Notes: generated by a model not told the origin, from the sequence alone. 64,000 nucleotides of DNA from Eledone cirrhosa (GCA_964016885.1 OZ024742.1:86180001-86244000), one strand, 5' to 3'. Counted from the stretch's first letter, positions 11,698 to 26,141 are shown. Numbers and translations: made by a program.

Positions 11698-12774
11698 ACC
11701 GAGAAAAAAGGAGAACATAAAAAGGAAAACAATATATTTTTCTTCCTAATAATCGTCGATTTCTCCCTATTTTCATATGTATATACATACTTAAGGTAAA
11801 CATTAATGCAATTCAATTCAAGCACTCAACGTTCTTTATCCACATAGGAGTGAGGGAGTATATATCGAATAAGAAAAAGCGAAGTAGTTTCAGATGTTAA
11901 AGTCCTTTAATGATAATGCTGTGATACGCATTTCAATGGCGACAGTGGTCACACAGTACCGTGCGCCAGTGCCGCAAAATCGACAGTCAGCTTGTTACAT
12001 AATAAGATTATGTTTTCGAGGCAATCCAAATTGAATCGACATGGGAACGGACAAAGCGTGTACTCTTGAGTTTTTTGTCCATTCCCTTGTGAGTCCCAAT
12101 TCACCCCCACCGGTCTGCGCAGGCGCAGGTCCGAAGGAAGTTGAACACCAACTAACGCAGATTTCTACGAAACTTGCCTAGGCAGTTAGCCCTCTCACCA
12201 AACAATGGCCCAACCAGGCCTGTAATATGACACGGTTATAGCTTACTGCTAGCCACCCTGTTAGTGGCAGTCGTCCGAAAGCTAGTGGGCTTGGGAGAGT
12301 ATGAGTATCAATAGGTCTCAATACTACCCTAAATTAAACATGGACAGTAGAATTGACCATCAACCTCTAAGAGAATATATACTTATTTCTAGGAATTATG
12401 GTTTCACAGTGGAAATTATTAATGAGAGTTGGAAATTCAAACTAAAATTTAAAAATCAAAAATCAGAAATCAAAAATTAATAAAATAACAAATTAGAATC
12501 TAGATTGGAGTGAGTAAAAAAATATATGCACATATAATCACAGCATTATCATTAAAGGCCTTTACCATCTGAAACTACTTCGCTTCTTAAATATATATAT
12601 ATGTGTGTGTGTGTGTGTGTATCTGTATGTGTGTGTGTGTGTGGGTGTGTAGGTGTGTGTGTGTGTGTGTCTATGTGTGTTTGTGAATGTGTGTATGTGT
12701 GTGTAAATATATACATATATATTAATATATATATATATATACATATGTGTGTGTGTGTGTGTATGTATAAACCG

Positions 12775-12833
<59 letters not shown>

Positions 12834-12834
12834 T

Positions 12835-13020
12835 ATAATTGTTTCTACTTTTGGCACAAGGCCAGCAATTATTACAGTGCATTAATGGTACTGTATTTTA
12901 TCGACTCCGTAAGGATGAAAGGCAAAGTTAACCTCGGCAGGATTTGAACTCAGATCATAAAGGCAGGTCACTCTATGTTTCATAGCATGGCGTCTTACCC
13001 TCTACCGATACTGCCAATCC
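12835..13020 (-). mobile_element. tRNA-derived SINE with Nin/Deu-like central domain
   Basis: B box gagttcaaatcc plus actttgcctttcatccttacggagtcgataaaatacagtacc. Multi-copy in this window. Confidence 0.88.
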
Positions 13021-13205
13021 ACAAACATATATAATGAATAACGAGATGGTTTCTTTCGCACATCTTTCTTTTTATTTTATATTTCTAGTATACGTAATTC
13101 GAACATGTCCTCGAAATATTTACAGTAGAATAATGTAATAGAATGATGATCTACGAATAAAAGAGCGGTTTAACCTTACCGAGAAAATACTAAGGAATAC
13201 AAATA

Positions 13206-14038
13206 GTCTGTTTCTTACACGCTCATGAATTCACCCAGTTTATGCTGACAGAATAACCATGTTGCTTGTTTTTCTTTCCATCTTCGGTTAGCTTTCCCCT
13301 GTGTTGTTTACTTGTCTCAGTCGCTTTACGCGTTTCACTTGTCCCAATAACTTATTTTAATTATTGTCGCACCAACGTGAGGTATATGATTTTTAATGCG
13401 ATGAAATACCAATGATCGTTGGCAAATCACTGATGAGGGACTCATTTTATAATATGTAATCCATGTGCAACCATGCAGTATTCTTCTCCCCATATTTTTC
13501 ATATATTTACCTAAACTGCGATTCTATGTTTCTCTGTTTCTCTCTTACTGCTCCCTCGTTCTCTCTGTTTCTCTTACTTTCTTTCGTCCTCTCTGTCATG
13601 TCAGTTAACACTTTCTCTCTACTGACCTCTTCCTCGCACTTCCACTCACTCACTCTCTGTTTCTCCCCTTCTCACTTCCTCCCGTTCGCTACGAATCCGA
13701 TTTTCCTTCTTTCTCACATCAAATTCACTAGCGAAAGGTCTGTTTCTTACATGCTCATGAATTCACCCAGTTTATGCTGACAGAATAACCATGTTGCTTG
13801 TTTTACTTTCCATCTTCGGTTAGCTTTCCGCTGTGTTGTTTACTTGTCTCACTTGCTTTACGCGATTCACTTGTCCCAATAACTTATTTTAGTTATTGTC
13901 GCACCAACGTGAGGTATATGATTTTTAATGCGATGAAATACCATTGATAGTTGGCAAATCACTGATGAGGGACTCATTTTATAATATGTAATCCATGTGC
14001 AACCATGTAGTATTCTTCTCCCCATATTTTTCATATAT
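13206..14038. repeat. Direct repeat of ~300 bp (13206-13506 and 13738-14038) around a CT-rich spacer
   Basis: About ten substitutions between copies, period 532 bp. Confidence 0.92.
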
Positions 14039-14470
14039 ATATATAAATATATATATATATGAAGCAGGGGAGTGCGTGGTTCTGATGTACGCCAAACGAC
14101 TGTAACACAGACTGTCAGTCACTCTCCCTTATTTCGCCTAAAATAAGGAAATGACATAGTTACTACTTTAAAACTGATCGTATATGGTTTTCTAAATGTT
14201 TTTAATTAAATATACGGTATATTACCAAGTAGACTATTGGCGATAAAATTCAAATAGTTGAATATAGCTCGAAATTCTCAACCCGGCCAGTGAAAATTCC
14301 AAATCGAACAAATATAGAAAGAAAAAACGTGTTGAATACAAGATTAAAGGCAGGTTCGTTACTAGTGATAAAATGAATAATTATACTGAGATTTATTTTC
14401 TAATTACGTATAGCTCAGCCGTAATTCACTTACTCAATGAATTTACATAAGCCGTGTATATATATATACA

Positions 14471-14654
14471 ATTGTTTCTATTTTTCGCACAATCCCAACA
14501 ATTATCCCAGTGTTTTACTAGTGCTTTCGTTTATCGACCCCGTAATGATGAAGAGCAAAGTTAACCTCACCGGGATTTGAATGTCAGACCATAAAGGGAC
14601 ATAACTCCTTGCTTGAAAGCATGGCGTCAGACCCAGTACCGATACTGCCAATCC
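14471..14654 (-). mobile_element. Nin-like SINE copy
   Basis: Same consensus as 12835-13020, more diverged. Confidence 0.82.
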
Positions 14655-14918
14655 AATAAAGAAGGATATATACATAAATATACGCACAATTAACGTGATT
14701 ATTGTAAAATGATATAAGCACATATAATTACAAACGACGGTATCTTTAAATTTAACAAAGATTTAAAATAAAAATAGCTGACATTCAATAATTATTTATA
14801 CTGCCTCATACATATTCCATTATTGCTGAAGAAATATGTTTCCCAATTAAATGGTGAAGATCAATATTAGGTTTCTCGAATTCTCAATGATTTCGGGCTT
14901 TGTATTTATTATTACAAC

Positions 14919-14950
<32 letters not shown>

Positions 14951-14990
14951 CGTGTTAAAATAATCAAATTTTAGTTTTGAACATTTATTA

Positions 14991-15027
14991 GCTGACAAGT
15001 GTTTCTTTCAGAGGGCCTCATCGGAGC
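14991..15027 (-). ncRNA. Degenerate hammerhead motif (solo pLTR fragment)
   Basis: gct-CCGATGA-ggccctctgaaa-GAAAC-actt-GTC-agc-taataaa. U4C change and poor stem II. Confidence 0.5.
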
Positions 15028-15158
15028 ATAAGGAATGTCGAAAAGGTGTAACTAGAATCCTAGTCATTTAGAACATGTATGGCGCATTAAATCACTCTGT
15101 ATATAATTATGCATATACATACACACACAACCATACAAATATACATATATACAAACAT

Positions 15159-15206
<48 letters not shown>

Positions 15207-15211
<5 letters not shown>

Positions 15212-18090
15212 GGTATGACTCCGGCGGCAGAGCTCAAGCCGTTTCGCCGGCTATTATATATTTATATATATATAAATACATGTATAAATATATATATATA
15301 TACACACACACACACTAATATACACACACACATATATACAAAAAGTTACGTTACCATGATAAAACATACACACACACATATATAAACACACACACACATA
15401 CACACGCACACACATATATAGATATATATATATATATATACATACATATACATACACATATATATAATTATATACACATATATACATACATAAATATATA
15501 CACATATACAAATATACACAACACATACATACATACAGAAATAAATATCTATAAATAATAAAAGGTGGGTATGTAGAGGGTAAGGCAGAAAGTAGGGGGG
15601 ATTAAGGAAAATAAATTACATAGGAAAAAGTTTAAATATAAGGGGAGATAAGGGAGAAAAAGAATATAAGGGTAAATAAAGTGAGTTTAGAGAGTAATAA
15701 AAATCGTAGTGGATGTAAGGCATAAAGAGCAGAGAAGAAGTTCAAGTTGGTTGAGTCATCGTAGGAACGTCAATTCAGATACAGAGCACGTGTGATGTCA
15801 GGTGAGGACAACATCTGAAGATCTCGGTTTTGTAGTTGAGGCAAGTTGAAGTGGCTTTCAAGTTTTGTAGAATTCTAAATTGTTCAGTGGTACACAAAGA
15901 ACAATTCTTTGTGACCCTTTGGTAATCCCTCGAATGGTCTAAAATAGACCGATCGATAGAGTACGGGATGTTTTTATTTTTGAATTCCCACACCTTATTT
16001 ACGAGAGTCGTTGCTGTTCTTTTATCAGAGTGTTTAAAAGAAGCGACATGTGCATACAACCTGGTTTTGAACCTGTCGTGAGTCATGCCAACATATCGTT
16101 CACTCCTGGCTGGCTGGTTGTTAATCAAAGGTGTCACTTTGGCCTCATATGCAACAGATTTGGTATTACATTTTCCCTGTAATGGCCATTCATCTGGCTT
16201 CCAGCAACTGCATCCTGGATTTATTCTCGTACGATTAGAATTGGTGATTCTAGCCTTCATTGATGGGCAGCAAGAGTAACTTTTCTATTAAATATCTTAT
16301 ACTATCTATGATGATTAGGGGGAAAATGTTTGTCTAAGAGGTCAAGGAATTTCCTTCCTACATTAGTTTTGACAGTTAGAGAGAATGGGGGTGGAAACCA
16401 AATATTTTTACTTTTCCTATTATTTTGATTAATTTTAGGGGTAAGAGTAGGTACATATTTAATATGTTATCTAAATCCGCTGTTATTAAGTGCTTTATAA
16501 TAATAAGGGGCGGCTTTGTTAAAAATGTCTAGAGACGAAGATAAGGTAGAAATCCTACGGCTAATATTGGGAATAAGATTTTTAAAAACTATAGTAGGAT
16601 GGCAAGACTCTTTCTGTATATAACGTAGATTTTCGTTAGGTTTATGATAAGGTTTAAAAGAGGCAGTAAGTAGATCAAGATCAATGTCAGGAAAGTTAGC
16701 ATTGGTAAGATTTGTATCTATAGTAATTTTAAGGTTTAGATTAGCAAAAGTGTTGATTAAATCTTAATGGAATTTATCAAGGTTATGGCCGTTGGTGGTA
16801 TGAGAAACTGCCAATCCGTCGTCACGGTATAAACCGATATTATGGGAAGGACATTTCTCTTAAAGGTGTGGAGAAGGAATAATCCTACTAAGTCACTCAC
16901 ATCCGCACTGTCATATGAACCCATTGCAACATCAAAAGAGTTTTCAGGTATTGACTTTTTAATCCAAATACTTTCATTAGTAAAGAGTAGAGTTTCCTAG
17001 CATGAAAGATAATGTGTTCTTCTAATTTAGAAATATTAATGAAAGGTCTTGCAAAATGTAAGGCTTTAGTTAATAAGGAAACAGTAATAGAGGGGTAAAA
17101 ATCAACAATATCAAATTGGGTAAATCTACACTTAGTTTTACCTTGTATATTATTAAACCAAGAAATAACAGAGGATGTGTTTAACCATTGTGATAAGTCA
17201 GTCTTAGTTCTAATTTGGAGATTTATTTTTTTAAAGATTTTTTTTTACTTGCAAGGCCAACTTCGGATTTAGACGAGTTAATCAGTCTACAGCTAAGTCG
17301 ATTAATAAAGTCTAATTTATGCTCTTTAAGGGTAATATATTTAGCTAGGCTTTCAATCCGGTTGTCTTTTTTTAAAGAACTAGCTAGTTATTTAGCTTCT
17401 TTATTAATAGTATTGTAGATTTTATTGTTAGCTAATTGATATTTGTTGGTGATACTATTAGTTAAATGTTGGTTATACAAAATACTATTAACTTCAAAGA
17501 GATTTTTAATTTTATCGGAAAGAACAAAAGTGTTTGTACAATTTTTAAAATTAAAAATATCGTTAGAAAGTTTAGTTTGAAAATTATTATTGTACATACG
17601 AAATTTGATATCACTAATTAAATTAACAAGGTCTAATTCGGAGTTGGCCATGTCTTTAATTCTAAGTGGGTATTTACGGGATTTTATATCAAAACAATCA
17701 TTTGTATCAGCACTGAATAGTCCATCGTAAACCATTGCCTTCCATCTAATTCTTTTAACGACTTGTTCGATTATATCTATAATCAGTTTGGTATAGGTTG
17801 TGTTGGAAGGAGTAGGTATATATTTGATTGAATAATCCAATTCATAAAGGTCCATGGTGTATGTTGGTTAAATTCCTGAAAACTGTAGAGTGCTCAACTA
17901 ATATTGGCTGGAAAGTGCCAATCATATATGTAATATAGAATATGCTTCTATCAATCCCGGTTGGAGCTGTATAAATTAAGTAATTCCGTCGGAAAGGTCC
18001 AGGAAAAAGAGTGACCTATGTAGGTTACAGAATTTATTAGTTATGTAATAAACACCATAAAATAATTATTTCATTTACCAGTGGTTTCTT
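15207..18090 (-). mobile_element. Near full-length decayed Naiad PLE
   Basis: N-terminus YSIKYIPTPS (17388-17855), CRLIN, QFDIVDFYPSI, MGSYDSAD, GLYRDD (about 16815-16835), GIY-YIG (15775-16260). The 3' half of a hammerhead related to 7681-7774 is at about 15213-15255. Confidence 0.9.
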
Positions 18091-19005
18091 ATATATATAG
18101 GTACTTATATGTGAGGAATTAACATATCGAAAATGGAATTATATGTGTACTTCTTACATTGACTACATGAAGCATTCTATCATAATGTTACATGAACGCC
18201 CACAGCGATAAAATAAATGTGCATTATCATGCTATTGCGCATTTTGACTTTTTATAAATGTCCCTATCCACTAATATTGCATTATTTTCTGTAATCTATG
18301 TTTGTGTGTGTGTATTGGTTGGTATTTAATGCAGCCTACAGTTATTTGTTTTATTATATCCATATTGTTCATCTTTCTACATGCATATTTCGGTTGTTTT
18401 TTTTTTATTTTTGGTCTATGGGTTGGCAGCTTGATACTCATTACATGATCAAATTGAAGAGGTAAGCTAATTATACAATTTCCAACGCTTATGAGAAGAA
18501 CACTAATTTATAATCGAACAATAGTTATACATATCTACGTAATATTATGCAATTAATCCTGTATTTATTTGACATGACAGAGGAAGATATATTCCATTCT
18601 GGACTGTATTTAAGAAAAGAAGACAATAAAAACTGAAAAAGGTTTATTCGATAATGTAATGCTAAATTATATGCATGAATTATTTGTGAAGATACACGTT
18701 CTTCTGCTTAAAATGAATGAAGAAGCCATCTATTTATTAAGCTCTAGTCGAGTAGCTCATGGTCTAAGGCACTTAACGTCTTCAAAATATTGTTAATCAT
18801 AATGATGTGGAATATTTATCGAGTACATCAGCATTAAACTCTTAATAATTTGACCGAAACAAAAGGGCGGACAGGCGATGACAACCCTAAGTATAAAAAT
18901 AAATATATTACACGTAAATATTACCGCAGTTAATTATTTGAGAAAATTCCGTCTGTTCTACAAAACGTTTTTATTAAAATTGATATAAATAAAGGAACAT
19001 TATAT

Positions 19006-19182
19006 CGCAGTATGGGAGAGGGTCAGACGCCATGCTTTGCAGCAAAGAGTCACGGCCCTTTATGGTCTGAGTTCAAATCCCGCCTAGGTTAACTTTGCCT
19101 TTCATCCTTACAGGGTCACTAAAATAAAGTACCAGTAATGCACTGGGTGATTACTGGCCTTGTGACAAAAGTAGAAACAATT
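19006..19182 (+). mobile_element. Nin-like SINE copy
   Basis: Matches the family consensus. Confidence 0.87.
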
Positions 19183-20371
19183 ATATCGGAAGTCTCCTTC
19201 ACAGCATATAACTGAGATAGAGCAAACGCCGAACAAACACCATTAAAATATCATGTAAGATTGTATATATGCAACTGTTTCAATATGCCGAGTTGAATGA
19301 TCTGATCAACAAGTGTAATTCCAAGAGAATATCTACCAAATAGTGCCAATGTCATATAGAGAAGAGAGGCTAGATATCAACAATAAGGAACGGATAGAGA
19401 TCAATACTGATACGTTATACTGAACACATGACAAATTGTATTACTTCCCGCGAGCACTAACAATCTATTTCAATTAAATGTATTTATTGAATCATTTTAA
19501 TAGAGAATGACGGAGATAGCCTATATGATTACGTTCGTCCGTACTTGGGACATGGTGTCTGATAAGGGTTTAAGCTGGTTAATACCAACAACTAATTGAC
19601 TTTTCGAAGTTTGTAACACCACACAAGATTCATATTAGAATGTGCAAACTTGTAAACGCACGCGCACACGTAAAACTCTCACTCCAACTTCACTCACACA
19701 AGGAGAGAGAGATACAAACATACACATACTTATGTACATATCAATATATGTATGCACATATATATTGCCTACATATGCCATAAATGGGAGAGATCAGATC
19801 AATTATACTTTCTTCGCATATTATTGCATCCAGCAGAGTTTGACAAAACCGAGGTATTTATAGTCTGCAGAAGTATACGTTTCAAAGGTTAATACTACCA
19901 TATGTCTTATATAGACATATTTCAAATGGTGATATATGATTCATGATGGTGTCGAAATCCCATGGTAGGTATGCCATTAATTATCGAATGACATGTGAAC
20001 TCCCTCGAGGTTGAGTGTTTAGATCAGTCTTTTTTTCTTTATAATTATTGAATATGCTTTTTTATTCCTTTGTGAGATCTTCATACTGACCGAGAATCTC
20101 GAAATTAGCTAGACGGAATTATATACCAATTTGCTCTGATCAGAGCAAACAACACGGACACTCTATCTCAAAATTATTTTTGAAAAGCATTTAGAAATGC
20201 GCAACCGGTAAAAACTTAAAAACTCAAAACCACAACTGAATACTAACCCATACAATTACTAATACTCTTTTATTCCTAATTAAACCATTTTTCAACTGTG
20301 AACAATTTGTCAGCATTTTCTATTCCGTTTACCAATATATATATATATATATATATATAAATATATATATA

Positions 20372-20740
20372 TAAATGTACTCTGGGTTTTTTGAATGTTA
20401 ATCATACTCGATGCTTTTGCAATTATGCAAACCGCCTCTTTAAATCCGTGTCAGTAGAATGTGTCCCTTATTTTTTCTCTTGTGTTGGCATGTAAACAGA
20501 ACTTCAGACACTAAATGTTCTGGGTGATTACCCTTCATCAGTGCAGTGTACTGCTCACGTGCCAACTGTCAGAGCTAGTGAAATATATGATATTTTGTGA
20601 AATATGCAATGACTGATGAGAAAAGCAAGAATGAGGGACTCATTCAACTGACATTCTACTGGTTTAAACGAGGCTGTTTGCATAATTGCAAACGAATCGA
20701 ATATTATTATTAATATTCGAATTACTCAGATTACATTAAT
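20372..20740. repeat. Old inverted repeat (about 20372-20482 and 20617-20740), pLTR-like
   Basis: Diverged arms share the ttgcaattatgcaa segment. A hammerhead remnant lies in the spacer. Confidence 0.7.
20503..20545 (-). ncRNA. Degenerate hammerhead motif
   Basis: tgca-CTGATGA-aggg-taatca-ccc-AGAAC-atttagt-GTC-tgaa. Confidence 0.55.
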
Positions 20741-20776
20741 GTATCTAGCCATGTATAGGGATAACTATTTGTTAGT

Positions 20777-20834
<58 letters not shown>

Positions 20835-20989
20835 ATGTGTGTGTGTGTGTGTATGTGTGTGTATGTGTGTGTGTGTGTGTGTGTGTAACCTCCGTCAATT
20901 CTTTCTTTTATTGTAAAAGGCTTTTCCCAAAGGACATCTAAACTGTCAACAAATGAGGGCATATTCAACGGCATAGCCTGGTACTATAA

Positions 20990-21830
20990 TAAATCATTCT
21001 CTAGATTAGGATATAAAATTTAAAAAATCACATATAGCAGAGATAGTCACTCCAAATATACATGGATCATTAAGTGTTAAATTACACATATTAGTACATC
21101 CTTAGGTAAAACAAAGGATTTAGATAGAAATATAAACACAATTATAAATAGACAAAGCAGTAAAATCGGAAATGTTATCCATCTACCCAAGGACCACATG
21201 AAAGATGCGTATACTAATATAGTAAACACTTTTCGATATCCTATAAGTAATACAAATCACTATGATTTCCTTCCCACACCCAGCAATAAGTTTAGAATTA
21301 ATCTAAATAATACTTCTAAACAACAAAATTACATCTCAAGTGCAAAGTTTATAATATTGACACTGAAGCCCTGACTAGCAACCGTATTATAACAATTCCC
21401 TCAAATAACTTAAATAGTTTAAAGAAAATGAAAACTACCACACACAAAACAATAATGCCCTGGTTTAATCCAGAGCGCAGCCTAATCTTAGACTGTAATA
21501 TTCCTAAAATTTCCCAACTGAACACAAATACCATAGGTTAATAAATACAATCCATTATACACATACTCTATCAACCTAGGTAATACTTCTACTAGAACCG
21601 CACCTATCACGTCAAGGGATAATAGAATAAACACATTAAACTATTCACGTAATTCAACAACTGTATATAATATAAATTGTAATTGGTAGATTCCTAGTAA
21701 ATGCCCATTTGGCGTTTCATGCCTCTTTGAAAACATAGTATATAAATGCACTAACTACCGAACATATTAATGACACTTATATTGGAGACATGGCTAATGA
21801 ATTTAAGACTGGATACAATTTGAATGGTAA
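20990..21830 (+). mobile_element. Highly degraded Naiad PLE remnant
   Basis: Frames read PWFNPE, NCNW*IPSKCPFGVSCLFENIVYKCT and TYIGDMANEFK. Confidence 0.7.
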
Positions 21831-23384
21831 TACAATAATGCATTTTAAGTTTAATGGAAGCATATTACATCACAATAATGATATTAAGCCCTATTAATGA
21901 CAGGACTGTGTTAGTTATTAATTGTCCCCATCACATTTCATATTCTTTCTTCTATAGAGTATACGATCCTACTTTTCCTCAGCTCACAACTGCAGCTATT
22001 TTAAGTTTTCTTGTCATTCATTACGATTTCTTATTTCCTTAACCAAGAATATTTGCCTTTATTATGAGCTTAACGATAGAGTTATAACTAATAATATATT
22101 TATTTATTATCATTTCAAATGCCAGCATATACACTGCCATTCCAGCAGAGTATGAACGATATTTCTTACCCTTTTACTTCTGAGGTTCCTAAAATTATCA
22201 GGAGATCGAATACTTAACAAGGGCATAATGAATGGTACGAGCATACAACTGTGTACTTGTATCCAAGTACAGCCATACATTTGTGATGAGTAAAACTTCG
22301 TATGATTTTGTGAGTATGATCCGTTGTTTCTACATGCGGTTATATGCTAACATACATATGTTAATTTAGATATATATGGATGATTGATAAGCGCAGATAA
22401 TGCAGATATACACGGGGAATTACTTCAACGTTAATCCCGTATTCATATCGAGTTTGCTAGTATAATCCTATGAATGAAAATACATATCGTATTACATTTG
22501 ATTACCTAATTGTTGGCTATCTCTCGCAGCACTAATCTTGGGTATAGCATTATGTACTTTTTCTGTAGACCTGCGCTTTTATATAAGAGTAGGTTATGTA
22601 ATCAGTAGTAGAAACAATTATTACGATGACAACTTATTTACTTTGCTCTGTATACCTTGTAACACTTCCATCTCAGCACATTAGTAGCACTATTGTGCAA
22701 TTTGAGAACTTATGGCTGTCCTATAATATTGACTAATTAATATAATACTCAATACATATTTATATTTAATTAAGTAACTTTCTTGCACATCAATTTAAAT
22801 ACGTGAGGCGATTACAAATTGATCATAATCAAGTTGTGATAACCTAATTTAAATTTATAATTACGGTTATGACCATATACATATTTAACTAAAAATTGTT
22901 GATAGGAGCCCTGGGAATATATTGATATATAAATCACTTTTCGCGTATTCATGAGTGCCATTAATTTAACAGCATTGATACATTTTATATTGATACATTT
23001 ATAATTTTTATACGCTTTTTATAGGTAATTGGTCTCTCTTTATTCTTGGTTATATGTGCATATATAAGAAATCGTTATATGTCAGTTCGAAATTATCTAT
23101 TAAACTTAACTAGCTACTTATAGTTTTATAATTAATATTGCTTTCTTTTAATTGATTATCTATTTCATTGGCAACATTGTCTTCTTGTTACTTAGTCAAT
23201 TTAACTAGGGATAAATATATTTAAGTATAACTTCTATTGACCGTTAAAACACAATAACAAACATATGAAGAAAGACGCATTTCACCAATTCATCAAAATA
23301 ATTATTTCCACTTATTTTCTGTTATAATGATATAAATTGTTTGATATACAGTGCTTGCTGTGAATAACTGATTTATGTGACTAA

Positions 23385-23551
23385 TAATTGCCAGCAATTA
23401 ATCCAGTACATTGCTGGTACTTTATTTTATCGAACCCGTATGTATGAAAGCCAAAGTTAACCTCGGCGGGATTTGAACTCAGTTCGTAAAGGGACGTAAC
23501 TATGCTGGAAAGCATGTCCGACCCTCTACCGATACTGCCAATTCACCGCCC
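23385..23551 (-). mobile_element. Nin-like SINE copy
   Basis: Matches the consensus, including the 5' head ggcggtgaattggcag. Confidence 0.87.
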
Positions 23552-23935
23552 TATGTATAATTGAAAATACTTTGTACAATTAGGAAAATATGTATTTTGT
23601 GTTTCTATGACTCGCTTCAATTTTGTTTACTAATGAAAACAGGTTGATTCTATACAGCATTTAAGTGAGCACGTTTCACAGTCTACCCGAAACATCTGTA
23701 AGTGATTAAACAGTGTTTTAATTGAAAGGAGAATGATTTTCTTTAAATACATTTGAATGTACATGGTCTGCATATTTCTTCAATGCATCACTAACGTTTT
23801 CCATGATTTAACCACATTCTTCTCTTAACTCTTATGATAGAAACATTGAGCAAAAGCTTATTTCTGAGGTTGGCAAATACACTCTTTAAGTATATCGCTA
23901 CTCTCCTTTGTGAATTGATTGTATAGTTCTACATT

Positions 23936-23991
<56 letters not shown>

Positions 23992-23999
23992 ATGATGAT

Positions 24000-24660
24000 T
24001 GCCGTCTTCTCTTTTTACCTCCTGCTCATCCATTCTTCGTCAATGATTTCGTAGAAGACTATACAGACAATATGTATATCTGCGCCGTTAGTGTCAGAAT
24101 GTCACATTTGAGAGATTAAACTTGTGACCTCCACCGGATTGATGGAATCGCATTGTGGGATCCAGTGGTTAAGCCCCACCATGTGTCGTTTGATCCCGGA
24201 ACACGTTCTGAAAATGTCATTGCATAAAACACTGGTTATCTCACCAAATTTTTGAGTATGTTTCCACTATGGATTGTTCTTTGGTTGGGCTACACGTCAT
24301 TCATCTAACCATCTTCGAAAGATGTACACATTGACGACATTCTCATGTTCACCTATTAGTACTTTTTGTCTCGCGATTGTGAACATCAATATTCCCATGT
24401 TACAGGTTGAGTTGTTCATGTTTTATACGCCATTTACAGCCTTCCTTTATGTTCTTCCTCCACCCATCCCTACTTATAATTATTTTCCCTCCCATATGTA
24501 TGCCAATCACTTGACCTTTGAGTATGTTCTTTTTGCTGTCTTTCCACCATATCTTCAGTTTATTTTCGGGACGTAAATGTTTGTGTGCGTCGAAGAGAGT
24601 CCTGCTGTCCAATCCCATTTGTTTATGGAATAACGTCCAGTTTTCTAATGAACATAAATG
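24000..24660 (-). mobile_element. Probable RTE-clade LINE 3' relic
   Basis: WKDSKKNILK...SRDGWRKNIKEG resembles RTE/BovB C-termini, with zinc-finger-like remnants downstream. Confidence 0.45.
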
Positions 24661-24727
24661 AGCAGTCAATAGAAATGTCCTATACACACACACATTAGTA
24701 TTGGTGGAAGTAATATTAATGTTAATA

Positions 24728-24729
24728 AA

Positions 24730-24811
<82 letters not shown>

Positions 24812-24812
24812 T
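24728..24812. repeat. (AAT)n microsatellite flanking Dong-like insertion
   Basis: Pure AAT run. Confidence 0.97.
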
Positions 24813-24820
24813 AATAAAAA

Positions 24821-26076
24821 ATGAATGAATTGTTAAGAACTGAATACATTCGGAGAGTAAGGAGCGTATTGAAGTCACATCTGAACAGCAGAAATGCCAT
24901 AAGCGCAGTAAATTCCCGAGCTGTGTCTATTATTAGGTACAGTGCGGGAATTCTGAGATGGAATGTTGCTGAACAAAAAGAAAGGGATAGGAAGACTAGG
25001 AAGCTATTGACTATCTACAACATGTTCCACAAGAGGAGTGATGTCGATAGACTCTACCTAAGGAGATATAAGGGTGGAAGAGGTCTTATCAGCATAGAGG
25101 ACTCTGTTCAGATGGAGAAAAACAACCTACACAAATACGTGACTGATAGTAAGGAGCCAATGCTCAGAACTGTACTGAAGGAGGGGACAATATGCCAGGG
25201 GATGTCCAAGGAGGAAATAACATCAAGGAGAAAGAGCAGCCTTCAGGAAAAATCCCTTCATAGTACCTTCTTTGAGAAAACTAAATTTAGAGATCCACAG
25301 ACATGGAACTGGTTGAGAAGAGGACACCTTAAAAAGGCTACAGAAGGAATGTTAATGGCTGCGCAGGAGCAGGCCCTCAAAACGAAGTGGTTGAAACACC
25401 ATATTTACAAGGAGGAGGCTAGCCCACTGTGCAGGATCTGTGGAGAGAGAGAGAGAGGAGACTGTGGCTCACATTGTATCCGAGTGTAAACACCTAGCCC
25501 AGACCCACTATAAGGGCTGGAGACATGATGTGATGGGCAGGGTGATCCACTGGCACCTGTGCAAAGTAAACAATTTACATTCTGAGAAATGGTATGAGCA
25601 TAAGCCAGAGGCGGTGACGGAGAACGATCAGGTGAAGGTGCTGTGGGATTTTAGGATACAGACGGACAAGAAACTGGAACACAATAGACCTGACCTGGTG
25701 GTTGTGGACAAAGAAAAAAGATCGTATCTGATTGTGGATGTGGCATGCCCATTCGAGACGAGTGTGCAAGAGAAGGAGAGGGAGAAAATTAACCGATACC
25801 AGGACTTAAAGTGGGAGGTAAAAAGGATTTGGAACTGCCATGAAGTCAAAGTGATCCCGATTGTCATAGGCGCACTGTGGACTATCTCCAAAAGTTTCCA
25901 GGGATGGTTAAAGAAAATCGGCCCCTTCACGCTTTTTGGAACGCTTCAAAAGGCATGCTTGCTGGGAACAGCAAGAACCCTCCGATACGTCCTGAATATC
26001 TGAGGCTGCAGGTAGTGGCTTGATATTCATTCCAACGGACTTTCCAGTTAACTAACATCAATGACTGAGGTTCACG

Positions 26077-26077
<1 letters not shown>
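24821..26077 (+). mobile_element. 5'-truncated R4/Dong-clade LINE (family A)
   Basis: RT C-terminus (GGRGL), CCHC knuckle (CRICG...ETVAHIVSEC), restriction-like endonuclease (RPDLVVVD...IVDVACP...EK). (AAT)n on both sides. Confidence 0.92.

Positions 26078-26141
<64 letters not shown>

Noticed and set aside
13400-13445. GAAA...CTGATGA as a permuted hammerhead or C/D snoRNA
   Set aside because: No NUH site or closing stems, and too short for a C/D RNA
16180-21690. TGG codons at Naiad zinc-finger Cys positions (16186-16188 minus; 21684-21686 plus) as traces of selenocysteine TGA, which some Naiads use
   Set aside because: No in-frame TGA or SECIS was found. Both copies are decayed and ordinary mutation suffices.
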